A stretch of 64,000 bases of DNA, from positions 2,137,238 to 2,201,237 of the forward strand of contig NC_057754.1 of assembly GCF_004010195.1 (NCBI RefSeq). The letters are read 5' to 3'. The translations under genes were made by a program, and so were the position numbers. Positions 25,800 to 39,837 of the stretch are shown one piece after another. The stretch's first letter is position 1. Every line of letters begins with the position of its first letter. This DNA is from Chiloscyllium plagiosum. Its lineage: Eukaryota. Under the pieces are notes generated by a model. The model saw only the letters and a list, made by a program, of their open reading frames with translations. It searched no databases and had not been told where the DNA came from.

Positions 25800-25870
25800 A
25801 CATGCACATACACACAGGCAAGCATACAGACTCACCCTCTCCCTCTCTCCCCCTCCCTCTCTCCCTCTGT
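25800..25870. repeat. CA/CT-rich simple sequence
   Basis: cacatacacacagg...ccctctccctctctccccctccctctctccctct. Confidence 0.7.
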
Positions 25871-26354
25871 ATTCAAAAAGAAGAGGAAAAGACATGAAGA
25901 GATAAATTAGTAGGGAAAATTATGTGTGCTCAAACTGTCCAGTACAGAAAGGAGAATGTCCAATGAAAAGTTTATCATATATCATGTGGAATTGGAGGAT
26001 TGTACAGTGCAGAAACAGGCCATTCAGCTCATTGCACCTGTGTTGGCTCTCTGAATTAGCTATCCAATTAGTTGCACTCCCCTGCAATTGTCCCATAGCC
26101 CTGCATTATACTGTAGCTCAGAATAACCCAGCACCTCAAAATGAACCAGGATATAGGGCGGAAGAGGGAACCTTCAACAAGTAAGAAGTTATTTTAAACC
26201 AGATATTAGAAAGAAATTCATCACTGAAATGGTTATGACTGATCTGTCAGAAGCAGTAATACAATCAAAAGCATTGGGTGTGATCAAAATACAGCTGACC
26301 ATTATAATGGGGGAGATAAGAGTTTTGAAACAATGAGTTGAATGACTTCCATTC

Positions 26355-26525
26355 ATGCAGAGAGAAAGCAGAGTTAACGTTTTGGGTCCAGTGATCCTTC
26401 TTCAGTTCTGAAGAAGTGACTGTTCTTCAACTGTGATTCTTCTCCACAGATGCTGCCAAACCTGCTGAATTTTTCCAGCAATTTCTGTTTTTGTTTCTGA
26501 TTTCAGGTATCTGCAGTCTTGTTTG
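26355..26525. mobile_element. Degenerate hairpin PLE element
   Basis: Arms meet at cttcttcag-tt-ctgaagaag (two back-to-back CTGAAGA cores). Confidence 0.75.
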
Positions 26526-28159
26526 AGTAGCATTCATCTTTGACATTTCTTCAGCCATACAGTTAAAATTGAAATACAGCTCAATCTGTGAAAATGCAAA
26601 ATGAAGTGTTTTCCTTTCCTTGCTGTCGTGGGGAAAATTCTGGGCTTCGGTGAAATAAGTTGCTGAAAATGCCTAAAAAGTCTCATTGTTGAAGCTCTGC
26701 CATTGAACATTATGTACCAGTCGTTTTCAGTTTTAATCCCTTGCGGAGTGAAGTTGAAATGTTTGCAAAGCGTTTGCACCTTGATGCTTGTTTATTTCAG
26801 ATTATGTAAAGTGTGTCATACAGAACATACAAAATGGCACTCAATGTCAGGGGTTTTCAACTAAACCATAGTGACAGTCCCACAGATTAGTGGCTAACTA
26901 ATCTAATCCCACAGGAAATGTGAAGAATCATCATTGACCATTTTAAGAATTAACTTAATTTCTCTCCACCGGTAATGCCTTACCTGCTGATTATTTCCAA
27001 TACTTTCTGTTTTTATTTGACAAAATGTTGATCGAGGTTTTCTCACACATTAACCCTGTAAAATTAATGACTATCAGAAGATCCAGAATGGCTCTACACA
27101 AGAAGTTATACAGCACATATCGAAGGACACCTCTTGGCTATCGTTCATATGCTGTGTCTTTAGTTGAGATAGCCAACGGAACTTCCTCCCCCACTCTTTC
27201 CCTCGTAGTCCTGCAAATTTTGTTCTTTTCAAGTATTCATTATCCAATTTGCTTTTTAAAATTAATCTACTACCACTGCCATTTCAAGCAGTGCATTCCA
27301 AACAAGCCACCATTTTAGAAAATAATCCTCATGTTGTCTGTGGATCGTTTGCCAATCACCTTAAATCTCTGTCCTCTGATTATGAACTCTTCTCTTACTA
27401 GAAACCTATTTAATCTTGCACAGTTTGAACACCCTGATCAAATGTCTGAGCAGGAGCAAATTACACAGATGCCAAAATCTGTACTGAAAACAAAAGGGGT
27501 CAGGCAGCAACCATGGAGGGAAAGTGCCTCTTGCTGCTTCCACTCAAAGGAAAGTAACCCCAATTTCTCTAGTCTCCCCACATTCACTGAAGTCCCTCAC
27601 CTCTGGTGCCATTTCATAAAATCTCTCTGTGTCCTCTCAAGGACTTGAAACCTTTCTTTAAGTTGCTGGCAGCTAACCAACAATGAGTAAGGATTTGGCT
27701 AAAACATCTCGGATTTCACTTTAAGACGGTGCATATAGTCATGTTGCTGAGCTTTGCATATGACCTGAAAGAAGCAACAGACGTGAAAATAGGATTCAAA
27801 GGATAAATTTCAGAGGAGAAGCATCTTCCTCTCCGATTGTATTCCATTACTAATTGATTTGCACTAATGGCCATATCTGATCTGTGTTTATCGATACAGA
27901 AACATTAAATTACTCCAAAAGCTGTCAATAAATCTGCTGCAATAATATCCTCCCAATCACACAAAAAGCTTTTCCACCTCAACCAATTACTTAAACTGTG
28001 TAATAAAAGCTCTGTGAAACAATAGAAAATGAAATTGTTTATGCTGTTTCACGTCTGAAATGTTTTTATTGTTCATCTATTTTGATATTTGAGCACTACC
28101 CGATCCTCTTCCCCACTCTCCGACTGCCCAGTGTGTGCCCAGGTGGCAACTTTGTAAAT

Positions 28160-28250
28160 TTTTTTAATCAACCTATGACAATCTCTGGAGCAGGTGGGAC
28201 TCGAACCCAGGCCTTCTGGCTCAGAGGTAGGGATACTACCACTGCAGCCT
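28160..28250 (-). mobile_element. Short tRNA-derived SINE
   Basis: Minus: gcagtggtagtatccctacctctgagccagaaggcctgggttcgagtcccacctgctccagag...ggttgattaaaaaa; related copies at 45372-45490, 45535-45650 and 50925-51045. Confidence 0.7.
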
Positions 28251-29349
28251 CTTTGTAGGCCTCTGGCAATCACTAATTGCACCTGAAGATAATGAAGCAT
28301 TTGAGATCAAATGAGAGCAAGTCTTCTGCTGTTTTAGGAATTCCCTTGCTTGGCACCTAATTTCAATGCCTGAGTTGTGCAAGTCCTCAGTACCATTATT
28401 CTACCTTACAATCATAAACCAGACAGCACACAAGGAAGACATTCAACCCAACAAGCTCAAGTTTTACTCCGAACCCTCCCTGAATCTTCTGTCGATTATA
28501 TCAAATCAACATCCTGGCAGTTACCACTGACCAGAAACTGAACTGAATTAGCTGTGTAAACTCTGTGGCTACAAGAACAGGTCAGAGAGTTGGAAATCTT
28601 CAGTGAGTAACTCCACCACCCAAATATTTGAAACAACTATGCAGCCATGCTGTTCGTGAAGCTCTTGCAAATGTTACATTTAGGCAGCACCAAACTTGGC
28701 CCAAATGCTGAACCTAATCTTTGTCTTAAAAAAATACATTTTGACTATTTTGGATTGATGAATAGAGATTCATTCTGAATTTTACATCAGAATAAAGTTA
28801 CATCCCACATCTTTTCTGTGTTAGCTCTGAAACCACATGGACCTTTAGTTGGCGAGGGAGAAATTTAGGAGTCTATCTAGTGACTGTCCTCTTGCATGAC
28901 CTCTTTTTGCTCATGCATAAATATGGGCATTTTCAGAGAGAATGATTGATGTGATTCTAATGTCTTCCTTGGTTGCTATCCTGCCAACACTCACTGTCCC
29001 GATTGAGTGAGCTTAGCTCACATTGAAGTGCTTCCCAACCAGAAGTACCTATAAGATTGACAGATAAAATTAGCAATAGCAGCCCTCAAACGATAATTGA
29101 AACACAGCTCTTCAAGTACAGAAACTTCCCTTCATCCTGCCTTAGCCCCAGTCTCAGTAGACTGCACCAGTGTAATAAACTCATATTCCAGTCACTCATT
29201 TTGCCATTACTAGTCAAACGTTAATTAAAGATTTGGTTCAGAGCTATGGTCTGCACTCACCTGAACTTGGGTTAAGATGGATCTCATGTAGCATTCATGG
29301 AGAGCAATGCTTCAGCCACACTTATTCCATTGGTCTGGTTCAAACTGAG

Positions 29350-29840
29350 ACCTTTAGGAAGGAGGTGAAGAGAGTTCAAAAGAGTTTTACAACGATGACT
29401 CCAGGAATGAGAAACTTCAGTTATGATGCTAGATGAGATAAATTAGAGCTCTGCACCTTGGACAGGCAAAGGCTCAGCGCTGATTGGATTGAAGTTTTGA
29501 AATGAGGAAGCTCGATAGAGTTAACAGGGAGAACATTCTCCTGTTCATAAGCTGACAAAGACTTAAAATGTTTTGCACAAGTTGAAATGTAGTTTGAGCA
29601 ATTTTTTTTCTCAGATTGTGATTTAAGTCTGGAATACATTGCTGAGAAGTTTTGGAGGCATGTTCAATTGAGGCAGTGAAGAGAGTGTTCGAAGATTGAT
29701 TGTTTCCACTCAAATAATGTGCAGGTTTACCTGGAAAAGATGGGAAGATGGAACTAATTCATAATGCTTATTCAAAGAGATGGCACTGCGCAATGGACTG
29801 AATGGGTGCCTTCTCCACTGTAACAGTTGTGATTCTATAA
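29350..29840 (+). mobile_element. Old CR1 3' fragment
   Basis: FRKEVKRVQKSFTTMTPGMRNFSY followed by CR1 3' pattern. Confidence 0.65.
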
Positions 29841-30644
29841 CTCATTGCCCCACTCAGTGCCTTTGCTTAATCTTAGCTTCTGCTGAAAGTTGATTTCTTT
29901 TCATTAGATTGCTTTTGATGGGAGCTAATAGGTGGCTTTGTAACAGTGAAATGTTCCTCTTGGGAATGCGTTCTGGCAGTTTTAAGAATGTTAAGAGCAA
30001 TTGTAGTGGATTTTTCCTTTCATTCAGAAAATTGCAGTTTGAGTAGAGACTTGTACATCTAGGTTGACACTCCCAATGCAATAGTAGGGGATAGAGGAGT
30101 CCAAAGGCCTTGTTTGCAGAATGTATTGAATCGCATATGTGCAAAGCTCAGGGCAATGGCAGAACTGTTAAAATCTACTTTTTTATACCACACCCAGATT
30201 GAACAACTTCGGTAGTTTAATTAAATTTACGTTTCATACCTGTGACATTAATTAAAATGCATTGTACCTGGTTATATATGACTTCTACAAGTTTTAAGTC
30301 TGACATGCAATTAAAAGAAAATGATTTTAATGTTAGCTGTTATTTTCTGCCCTGGGGCCAACCCTTAGTGACTTTCTGATATCAACCATCTTTCCAATTT
30401 GCTGTTCTGGTGTGAACGTTCGCAGATTGCCTGAAGACCCAGTTGCTGAACCTGAAGCCAATCCTGTCAAACACACCATAGCATGGTGACCAGATAAGGA
30501 GCAGGAAGAACCTTGACCAGGGAGTGAAGCCCACTGCAAGGAGCTGACTCTAGCATTCCAACTGCTGTCACAGCTAAGACCAGCCATCCCAACAAACAGC
30601 AGGAGTCAGACCTGCAGCCAACTGGACTTTGTAAGTTTTTTTTG

Positions 30645-30932
30645 AGTGGCACGCTGGCTCAGTAGTTAGCACTACTACCTCACAACGCCAGAGACCCAGG
30701 TTCAATTCCTTCCTCAGGCGACCGTCTGTGTGGAACTTGCACATTCTCCCTGTGTCTGTGTGAGTTTCTTCTGGTGCTACAGTTTCCTCCCACAGTCCAG
30801 AGATGTGCAGGTTAGGTGGATTGACCTTGGAAAAATGCAGGGTTACAGGGATAGGGTAGGAGGTAGGGAGGATCGGTGTGGACTCATTGGGTCAAATGGC
30901 CTGCTGTCACACTGTAGGAATTCCATGATTCT
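30645..30932 (+). mobile_element. HE1-type SINE
   Basis: A and B boxes, V-domain, tail ggcctgctgtcacactgtagga. Confidence 0.88.
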
Positions 30933-31014
30933 GACCCCCACAGCCTGACCATCATTTACGAAGCACAAATCATGTGTGTTAGGAATTATGCCTCACTTGC
31001 CTGGATGAGTGCAG

Positions 31015-32005
31015 AAAGAATAATTATTATCTAAATGTGAGTGATTGCAGAGCTCTGAGATGCGGAGAGATCTAGGTGCCTAGTGCACGAATTGCAGAAG
31101 GTTAGTGTGCATGTATAGCAAGTAATCAGGGAAGTGGCTAGAATGTTATGTTTCTTGTGAGGGTAATTGAATGTAAGAGTGTGCAGGTAATGCTTCAGAT
31201 ATATAGGGTGTTGGTGAGGTCACATCTGGAGTACTATGTACAGGACTGGTGCAATATAGGTTGGTTGGCGATTTGGTAAGATCACAATCAGAATATTAAT
31301 GAAGTGCATTGGGCCATCAACAATGACCTTAACAAGTGTTAACCATTGTCAACTCGCTGCTGCGTTGTGTGAATCTCACTATGTTGCTTGTGAAAAACAT
31401 AAAAGATGTGGCGAGATGATCTTGATGTTAAGATGCACCTCAGAGGATATCTTGGCTGATTCCAGCAGACATTTCAGCACAGCCCACATTACTTACATCC
31501 CTGCTTCAAAATGACCGAGACTGGGAATTGAATAATCAAAGATATTTAACCTGTAGATACAACTGGCAAAAAGGAAAAGGTGTTGTACTGATAAGTTATG
31601 CAATCAGTATATGAATAAGGGAGGATCTCAAAATGCTTAAAGAAATAGACAGGCTCGACGTTGGTAAGGTGTTTCCCCTGATTGAGGAGTCTAGATTCAG
31701 GGACACAATTTCAAGCCTGTCCATCATCTTCAATATAAAGGATATTCCACTTAGAACCGAGTTGAGGAGAAATTATATAATTGAAAGGGTTGTGAAACTT
31801 GGAAATTCTGTGCCCAGCATAGCTGTGGAAGCCGAATTGTTGAAGATATTTGAAGTACGGACTGACAGATTTCTAAATGGCAATTATATGAAGGGATATG
31901 GGGACAGTGTGGGAAAAGGGAACTTTTGTGGATAATCAGCCATGAAAATATTGAATGGTGGAGCAGGCTAGATGAGCTAAATGGCCTACTCCTGCTCCTA
32001 TGTTC
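31015..32005 (+). mobile_element. Composite CR1 fragments
   Basis: gagatctaggtgccctagtgcacga...cacatctggagtact (31060-31240); ELRRNYIIERVVKLGNS and tail (31640-32005). Confidence 0.6.
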
Positions 32006-32144
32006 CTATACATCTTCTCATTATTGATCCTCCTACAGTAAAGCCAGTTTCTCTCTATTTGCCACATCAAAACTTCTCCTAATCGTAAGCAATTTTATTA
32101 ATATTCCTTTATCCTTTTCTGTTCTAAGGACCACCCTGAAATTA

Positions 32145-33552
32145 AAAGCCCCTGTCTATTCAGCCTCTTCCTATAGTTGAAATCCTCCAACCCTGGCAAC
32201 ATCCTTGTAAATCTTTCCTGAACCCTTTCAAGTTTCAGAACATCCTTCCGATAGGAAGGAGACCAGAATTGCACTCGATATTCCAACAGTGGCCTAATCA
32301 ATGTTCTCTGCAGCGACAACATGACCTCCCAACTTCTATACACCATACTCTGACCAATAAAGGAAAGCATACCAAATGCCTTCTTCACTATCCTATTGAC
32401 CTGTGACTCGACTTTCAAGGAATTATGAACCTGCACTCCAAGGTCTCTTTGCTCAGCAACACTCCCTCAGATCTTACCATTAAGTATATAAGTCCTGCTA
32501 AGATTTACTTTTCCAAAATGCGGCACCTCACATTTATCTAAATTAAACTCCATTTGCCACTCCTCAGCCCATTGGCCCATCTGATCAAGATCCCGCTGTG
32601 CTCTGCGGTAACCTTCTTCACTGTCCACTACACCTCTAATTTTGGTGTCATTCTCAAACTTACTAACTATACCTCCTATGTTCACATCCAAAACATTTAT
32701 ATAAACGATAAAAAGCAGTGGACCAACACCGATCCTTGTGGCACTCCACTGGTCACAGGCCTCCAGTCTGAAAAACAACCCTCCTCCACCACCCTCTGTT
32801 TTCTGCCTTCGAGCCAGTTCTGTATCCAAATGGCTAGTTCTCCCTGTATTCCATGAGATCTAACCTTGCTGACCAGCGTCCCATGAGGAACCTTGTCAAA
32901 CGCCTTACTGGAGTCCAGATAGATCACGCTCACCACTCTGCCCTGATTAATCCTCTTTGTTACTTATACAAAAAACTCAATCAAGTTTGTGAGACATGAT
33001 TTCCCACGCAAAAAGCCATGTTGACTATCCCGAATCAGTCCTTGCCTTTCCAAATACATGTAAATCCTGTCTGTCAGGATTCCCTCCAACAACTTGCTCA
33101 CCACCTACGTCAGGCTCACCGGTCTATAGTTCTCTAGCTCGTCCTTACCACCTTCCTTAAATAGTGGTACTGCGTTAGTCAACCTCCAGTCTTCTGGCAC
33201 CTTACCTGTGACTATCGATGATACAAATATCTCAGTTAGGGACCCAGCATTCACTTCCCCAGCTTCCCCCAGAGTTCTTGGGTACACCTGATCAGGTCCT
33301 GGGGATTTATCCACTTTTTTGCATTTTAAGACATCCAGCACCTCCTCCTCTGTCATATGGGCATTTTTCCAGATGTCACCATTTACTACTCCGCATCCTA
33401 CTATTTTCCATGTTCTTCTCCACAGTAAACGCTGATGCAAAGTACTCGTTTAGTATCTCCCCCATCTCCTGCAGCTCCATACAAAGGCCGCCTTGCTGAT
33501 CTTTGAGGGGCCCTATTCTCTCCCTAGTTACCCTTCTGTCCTTAATGTATTT
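32145..33552 (-). mobile_element. HER1/CR1 LINE RT region
   Basis: KVDKSPGPDQVYPR, EDWR..NAVPLFK, NYRPVSLT, IYLDSSKAFDKVPH, SGVPQGSVL, VRPLLEY-like, VQERFTRMLPG. Confidence 0.95.
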
Positions 33553-33615
33553 ACTATATTCTTTCAATTTGCCTTCCTTTTCTCCTCAAGGACACAGTTC
33601 CTGTCATGTAATATT

Positions 33616-33722
33616 TTAGATTAGATTACTTACAGTGTGGAAACAGGCCCTTCGGCCCAACCAGTCCACACCGTCCTGCCGAAGCACAACCCACCCATAC
33701 CCCTACATTTACCCCTTACCTA
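33616..33722 (-). mobile_element. HE1 SINE 3' tail
   Basis: ttagattagattacttacagtgtggaaacaggcccttcggccc... Confidence 0.85.
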
Positions 33723-35759
33723 TAGCGAAGTTACCATTCTATGGATCAGTCCTGAACACATAAGTGAGTCTGCCACTTCCATATAATGCTGTGTCTTTCA
33801 GGAGCAAAGTTTTTAGGACGTTAAACTAAAATCCCATCTGTTCTCTCAGGTTTGTCCTTCAAACAACAGCGCATAAAGTAAGAAAAAAATAACTGCAAAT
33901 TAGAAAATTGCACTCTGTGGATACTGCGGACCGATGAACTCTCTTTGAGCTATATTTTTAATATTTTTCTTATTCTTCAAGTTATTCAAACTGGCGCTGG
34001 ATGGTAGTAATAGTGGAAATGCTTTTCAGTGTATTTTACTGCTTTTCTCATTGTAAAATACACATAACAACAATATAATAAATGATAAATTATGTACGAT
34101 GCAGATCAGGTTCAATAATTCATAGGAAATTGCCTTCACACACCTTTCCCATATTTGTGCAATACAAAGCGTTATTGAGTTGGGTGCTGTTTGTATGCTA
34201 TTTTATATCATGTACAAGGAAACTGGTATAACACTAAAATAAAAATATCAAAAATGGCAAAGAGAATGACCAGTTAATAATCAACAAGGTTTTATATCAC
34301 AGGATAGGTTTAGGTTAGTAAGGCCCCTCTGTCCCCTGATTCGAGGATATTGAGGTCCTTTATCATATCCAACTTACAGACCAGGTAAGATCAGCTTGTA
34401 CTGTCCTTGAACCTTCTGACAAATGACATTCAAAGTGATAAATGTGAATTTTGATAGAAAGACTAGAGCATGGCTTATGAGTTGGAAAGTGAGTCTAGAT
34501 GGGGAAGAGAAACAAATGAATCTCAGAAAACAAATGCATCAATCACTAAAAGTTGTGCCTCAGGTTAGCAAGCCCATAAAAAAAAACAAGAATTAGACTT
34601 TATTTCTGGAGGAATAGAATTGAAAAGTTGTGCTATCCTTAGATCCCCCTTAGATACTGTGGGCAATTCTAGTTGTCTTATTATAAAAGGGAATATGTAA
34701 AGAGCCACTGAAGAGGATACAGAGAAGATTTGCAGGAATAATATAGAATTGTGTGGGGATACATCTCAGGAAAGGATAGTAATGGGAAGAGGCTGGTGTG
34801 GAGCTGGAGAACCATGCTCTGGTTGGGCCAAATGGCCTGATTCTGTGTTGGATGTCATAGGTAATTCTAAGTATGAAGCAATATTGAACAGATTGAAGTG
34901 CAAGTCATTATCAGGTATATATTAATAATTGTGTAGTACGTAATGTGTGCTTACAAATGAAAATGTATTTGAAAGCTGCCATTATAATATGCTGTTCTAT
35001 ATATTCCATTTTCTCAAAAAATCAGTTTGAGAAAGTTGCAAGGCAATAATGCAATATTGAAATTCATGTAGGGTGTAAACTGGCTGTCACAATGACATGT
35101 GAAACCTCAGATTACATTACTGATTTGTTATTCATTACTGTGAATCGATGTATCTATGTTTAATACACTCAGGGCTACCAACAGACGATACTTTACTCTA
35201 ACACACTATCCATTATCGAGACAGAATTTTCCATGTCATGTTGCCATTATGACACTTCCACATTTTTTTTAACATGACGATTGGAGCTTCTTTGAAATTT
35301 TGGAATTAATTAAAAATGTTGCCCTCCCATGCACATTAATCAGTGAACATATTTAGCATACACCTACCAGGGGGTGGTAGACATATGGAACGTGTTGCCT
35401 GAGAGGGTGGTGGACTATTTTTGCAAGGTTTGAGAATTGTCTGGGCAAGTACTTTAAATGTTGGGGAATTGTTTCCTGTGGACCAAAAACAGGTAAATGG
35501 GATTAATGTAGTTTGCTGTTTCTTGGTTGGCATTTGATAACGTTCTGCATGATAGACTGATTAACAAGGTTAGGTTATGTGGAATATAGGGGGAACTAGC
35601 CATTTGGATATAAAATTGGCTAGAAGATAGGAGAGGTAATGGAGGCTGGATTTTCAGACTGGAGGCCTGTGACCAGCGGTATGCTGCAAGGATCAGTGCT
35701 TTATGGCAATACAAGCTGCATTTATTGCTATTATGCAAAAACTATGTCCCACAGGCCTA

Positions 35760-35930
35760 AAGAACGTTGACTGGTGGTGGTTTAAACATGAGGGTCATCA
35801 TGCATCTGATGAGGGGTGAGGTTGAGAAGGAGGAACCTTCATGATAACCTCAGCTGGTGAGGCAATTGAACCCATGCTGTTGGCGTCACTCTGCATCACA
35901 AACTAACTGTCCAGCCAAATGAGCAAACTA
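35760..35930 (-). mobile_element. Old tRNA-like SINE
   Basis: Minus: tttgctcatttggctgg (A-like) ... gggttcaattgcc (B-like); weakly similar head at 1497-1600. Confidence 0.45.
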
Positions 35931-36229
35931 AAATTAAACTATCTGGTTAACTAAGACAATACCTGTTTGGTATAGACTCGACAGTGATCTGCCCTTTATC
36001 ACTGATCTTCATATAAGTCTGGGACACATTTGAGATAAAGGCGGATAGGTAGCTGCCACTTAGAACCCTTACTCAGAACATACTGGTCAGATACCACAAA
36101 GTGGCAGTCATAGCGATCAGGCAATTACCACATAACTAATACCCAGGAGTAGAAAGTGAGGAAGAATTGGCAATGGGAAAATAGACATACTTCAACCCAT
36201 CACACTGACTTGCATCTTTGTCCTATCAA

Positions 36230-37255
36230 GTGCCTATCCCTCCTCACAGACACTCTGCACGCTGTATCTGGCTTTTCACTACCTACTCCATCAGCTGATC
36301 CATTGCTCAGGTTCCCATCCCCCTGCCAATAGAGATTAAACCTCCTGAAGAGCTCTAGCACACCTCATTCCCAGGATATTGGTGTCCTCCAGTTCAGGTG
36401 CAATCTGTCCTTCTTGTACAGGTCCCACCTTCCCAAAAATGTATACCAATGATCCACATATCTGAAACCTTCTCTCCTACACCAGCCCTGCAGCCACGTT
36501 TTCATCTGCACTCGCTCTCTATTCCTAACCTCAATAGCACGGGGCACCGGTAGCAATCCTGAGGTTACTACTCTGCTCGTCCTGCCTTCTAGCTTCCAGA
36601 GTAATTCCCTATTTTCTCTTTGCAGGTCCTGCTCCCTTTCCTTTGTAATTGGTACTGATGGCTCCTCTCCCTTCCCCTTAAGAATCCTGTAGACGCGATC
36701 CGAGACATCCCTGACCCTGGCACCCGGGAGACAACACACCGTCTGGGAGTCTCACTTGTGACCACAGAATATCTTGTCTGTTCCTCTCACGATTGAATCT
36801 TCTATCACTATTGCTGTTCTATTCTCCCCCCTTCCCTCCTGAGCCACAGAGCCAGACTCAGTGCCAGAAACCTGGCCGCTGTGGCTTTCTCCTGGTTGGT
36901 CATCCCTCACAACAGTTTCCAAAACGGTATACTTATTATTGAGGGGAATGGCCACAGGGGCTCCCTGCACTGTCTCTCTATTCCCTTTCCCTCTCCCGAT
37001 GGTCACCCAGCTACCTTTGTCCTGTAACATAGGTGTGACTACCTCCCTGTAACTCCTCTCTGTGACCCCCTCAGCCTCTCGAATGATCTGAAGTTCATCC
37101 AGCTCCAGCTCCAATTCCCTAATGTGGTCTGTGAGGAGCTGGAGTTGGGTGCACTTCTCACAGGCAAAGTCAGCAGAGACACTAGTGGTGACCCTTACCT
37201 CCCACATCCTGCAAGAGGAGCATGCAACTGCCCTAGCCTCCATCCCCTCTGCTCT
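36230..37255 (-). mobile_element. CR1/HER1 ORF1 (zinc-finger, coiled coil, SGNH esterase-like), degenerate
   Basis: MEARAVACSSCRMWE...FACEKCTQLQLL...LELELDEL; IPLNNKYTVL; VIEDSIVRG (GDS motif mutated); CCLPGARVRDV; LYKKDRLHLN. Confidence 0.88.
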
Positions 37256-38699
37256 AAATTACCAGGAGAGATTGAATGATTGCATTTCACAACCCAGAAA
37301 CCACTTGAATTGTATCATCCCTACAGAAACCTAAATATCTCTGGGCAGTATTTGTTGATTGTGTTTACTGTCCCACAGTGGCAGAGACTTTCAATAAATG
37401 CACAGTATTTTCTGAGTAATAGCGAGTGTGCACTGGAAATGTATTTGAAGAAAAACTTGTTAAGAGACAGATGCCTTAATTTGATATTCAATTTTACAGG
37501 TTATAAAGTGCATTTTAAAACGTGGTCATCGTTGGTTGTAGGAACATGGCAACACTAGAGTGTCAGCCTAGATTTTTCTGCTAAAGTCTCTGGAATGAGA
37601 AATTAAGCCTCAAACCTTCTAATCAGAGGCAAATGTGCAATCAACTTATATGAGAGAGGAAGGAATAGAAGGATATACTGATTGGATGAGTAAAAATAAG
37701 ACAGGAATGAGGCTGGTGTGGAGCATAAAGAGGTTGAGTGGCCTCTTTCTGTGATGTAAGCACAGTGTGATCGATTGATAAGGCAATTCTGATAATGTCA
37801 AAAATACCATCTGGGATAACCTCACAAAGTTATGAATTTGATGGTCTTGCCAGGTCTCAGCCATGTGACAAGGAACAATCTGTGCATGTGGAACTGATTC
37901 ACAGTATGTTTAAAGCTGCTCTTGCAGCTTCATAGCAGCTACTTTCCATGAACCTTGCCCTGGACTGTGCCTCTTGTTCCTGAAACAGGACAAACTCAGA
38001 AGCACATGATGTTGTCTTTATTGAAAACAATTCTGTAAAATAAAAGTGATCCATGAAAGCTCATCTGTTCACTCAGTTAAGACACTTCCTGCTACACTCC
38101 TCGTCCTGTGAGCCTGCCTTTTCTGATGAATGGAGTGCTCTGGTGTTCAGCATATACTGATTGTGCTGCATGTGGGGCAAAAGGATTAAGCTGCAGCCAC
38201 TACAACATTCAATCTTTTACAAAGTCAGGAAGATCAAAGCAATGGGAATAGACAGAATCAGGATTTTTCTGTGTACACTGCTCAAAAGACTTTGAGTCCC
38301 AAACGGATCTAACAGATACACCAGGCAATCACAGTGGAAACTGGAATTGCTGAGATTTGACATTGACAGCAACAAACTTCCCAGGAGATACTGAGCTGCT
38401 TGTCTTTCTTCAACATTGTTTTTCTATATTTCCCTCCATTGCTGACAGCAGTTATAAGCCATTTTATAGCTGTTTTCTTTTTACAAATGCTTGCAGCTGC
38501 TTTGAAGCATGTTCTGAACATCAGAGGGTGTAGGAGGCAGCTTTATGGAAATGGAAGGACCTTTCTGTTGTGGCATTAGTCTATGTTCTGCAAATTGTGT
38601 TCTTTTGATAAAAGTTATAGTTACAGAAAGTACATGTCCAAAGCAAGTCTATTGGAATTTGAGAGAAGAGTTTTCAGTGTAGCCAGATTCACATGTTTA

Positions 38700-39010
38700 T
38701 GTTCAGTAGTGGCAATAGCTCTGAACTAGTAAACCAGAGGCCATCATTCTAATCCCAGCCAGCAGAATTTAAATTCAGTTGAGAAATCTGGAAAGTGAAA
38801 GCTAATTTTAATAATGGTGACCGCAAAACTTATTATCAGTTGTCGTAAAAATCAATCTGCTTCACTAATGTGCTTTAGGGAAATAAATCTGCCATCCTTA
38901 TCTGACCTGGTCTTCTTGGGGCTCCAGTTCCCCAGCGATATAGTTTACTCTTAACCATCTGAAGTGCCCCTTGCAAGACATTCAGGATAAAAATAATCTA
39001 ATTGGGCACA
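38700..39010 (+). mobile_element. Shark tRNA-derived SINE
   Basis: cagtagtggcaat...ttctaatccc...gaatttaaattca...gggaaataaatctgccatcctta; homologous to 44525-45090. Confidence 0.65.
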
Positions 39011-39835
39011 AAAGAGTGGATTTGTTAAGGTAAAATTGTGTTTCACAAACTTGGTTGGTGTTTTATTTTGAGGAGGTTGCTAACCAAGTCAGTAAAGGGG
39101 ATTCATTGGATGTAGTATAAATGGGTTTTTCTACATGGCTTTTGACAAGATAGGCAGTTAATGAGCAAAATTAAAGAACATAGGATAGGAAGTAATGTAC
39201 TAGGATGGATTACTGATTGGCTAACAAACAGAAAACAGAGAGTTGGAATAAATGAGTAATTCTTGCATGAACAGATTGAATACTGGAGAACCGCAAAGGT
39301 CAGTACTTAGGCCCAGCTGTTCATGAGATATATCCATGATGTCATGGGGATCAAATGTAATATTCCCATTCGCAGAAGATATAAAACTATGCAGGAATAT
39401 ATGCTATGAGGAAGGTGTCACTCAGACTGGAGGGTTTGAGTTATAAGGAGAGGCTGAATAGTCTGGGACATTTTTTCCCTGGAGCATCGGAGGTCGAGGA
39501 GTGACGTTATAGAGGTTTATAAAATCATGAGAGACTTAAATAAAGTGAATAACCAAGGTCTTTTTCCCAGGGTTGGGCAGTCCAAAACTAGAGGGCATAG
39601 ATTTAAGGCAAGAGGAGAAAGAGGATGTTGCATGTATGACACGAACTGCCAGAGGAAATGGTCGAAGCGAGTACAGTTACAACATTTAAAACGCATTTGG
39701 ACAGGTAACTGGATAGGAAATGTTTTGAGGGATATTGGCCAAATGCAGGTAAATGAGACTTGCTCAGGTTAGGAAACCTGATTGGCATGGGCACGTTGGG
39801 CCAAAGGATCTGTTTCCATGCTGTATGACTCTATG
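39010..39835 (+). mobile_element. CR1 fragments (old RT piece joined to a HER1 3' end)
   Basis: ggcttttgacaag (AFDK) at ~39137; ggagggtttgagttataaggagaggctg...ctgtttccatgctgtatgactctatg. Confidence 0.8.
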
Positions 39836-39837
39836 GT

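Noticed and set aside
28160..28250. tRNA gene
   Set aside because: Has A/B-box-like motifs but no clean cloverleaf, and diverged copies with a shared 3' extension occur elsewhere in the window, so it is a SINE.
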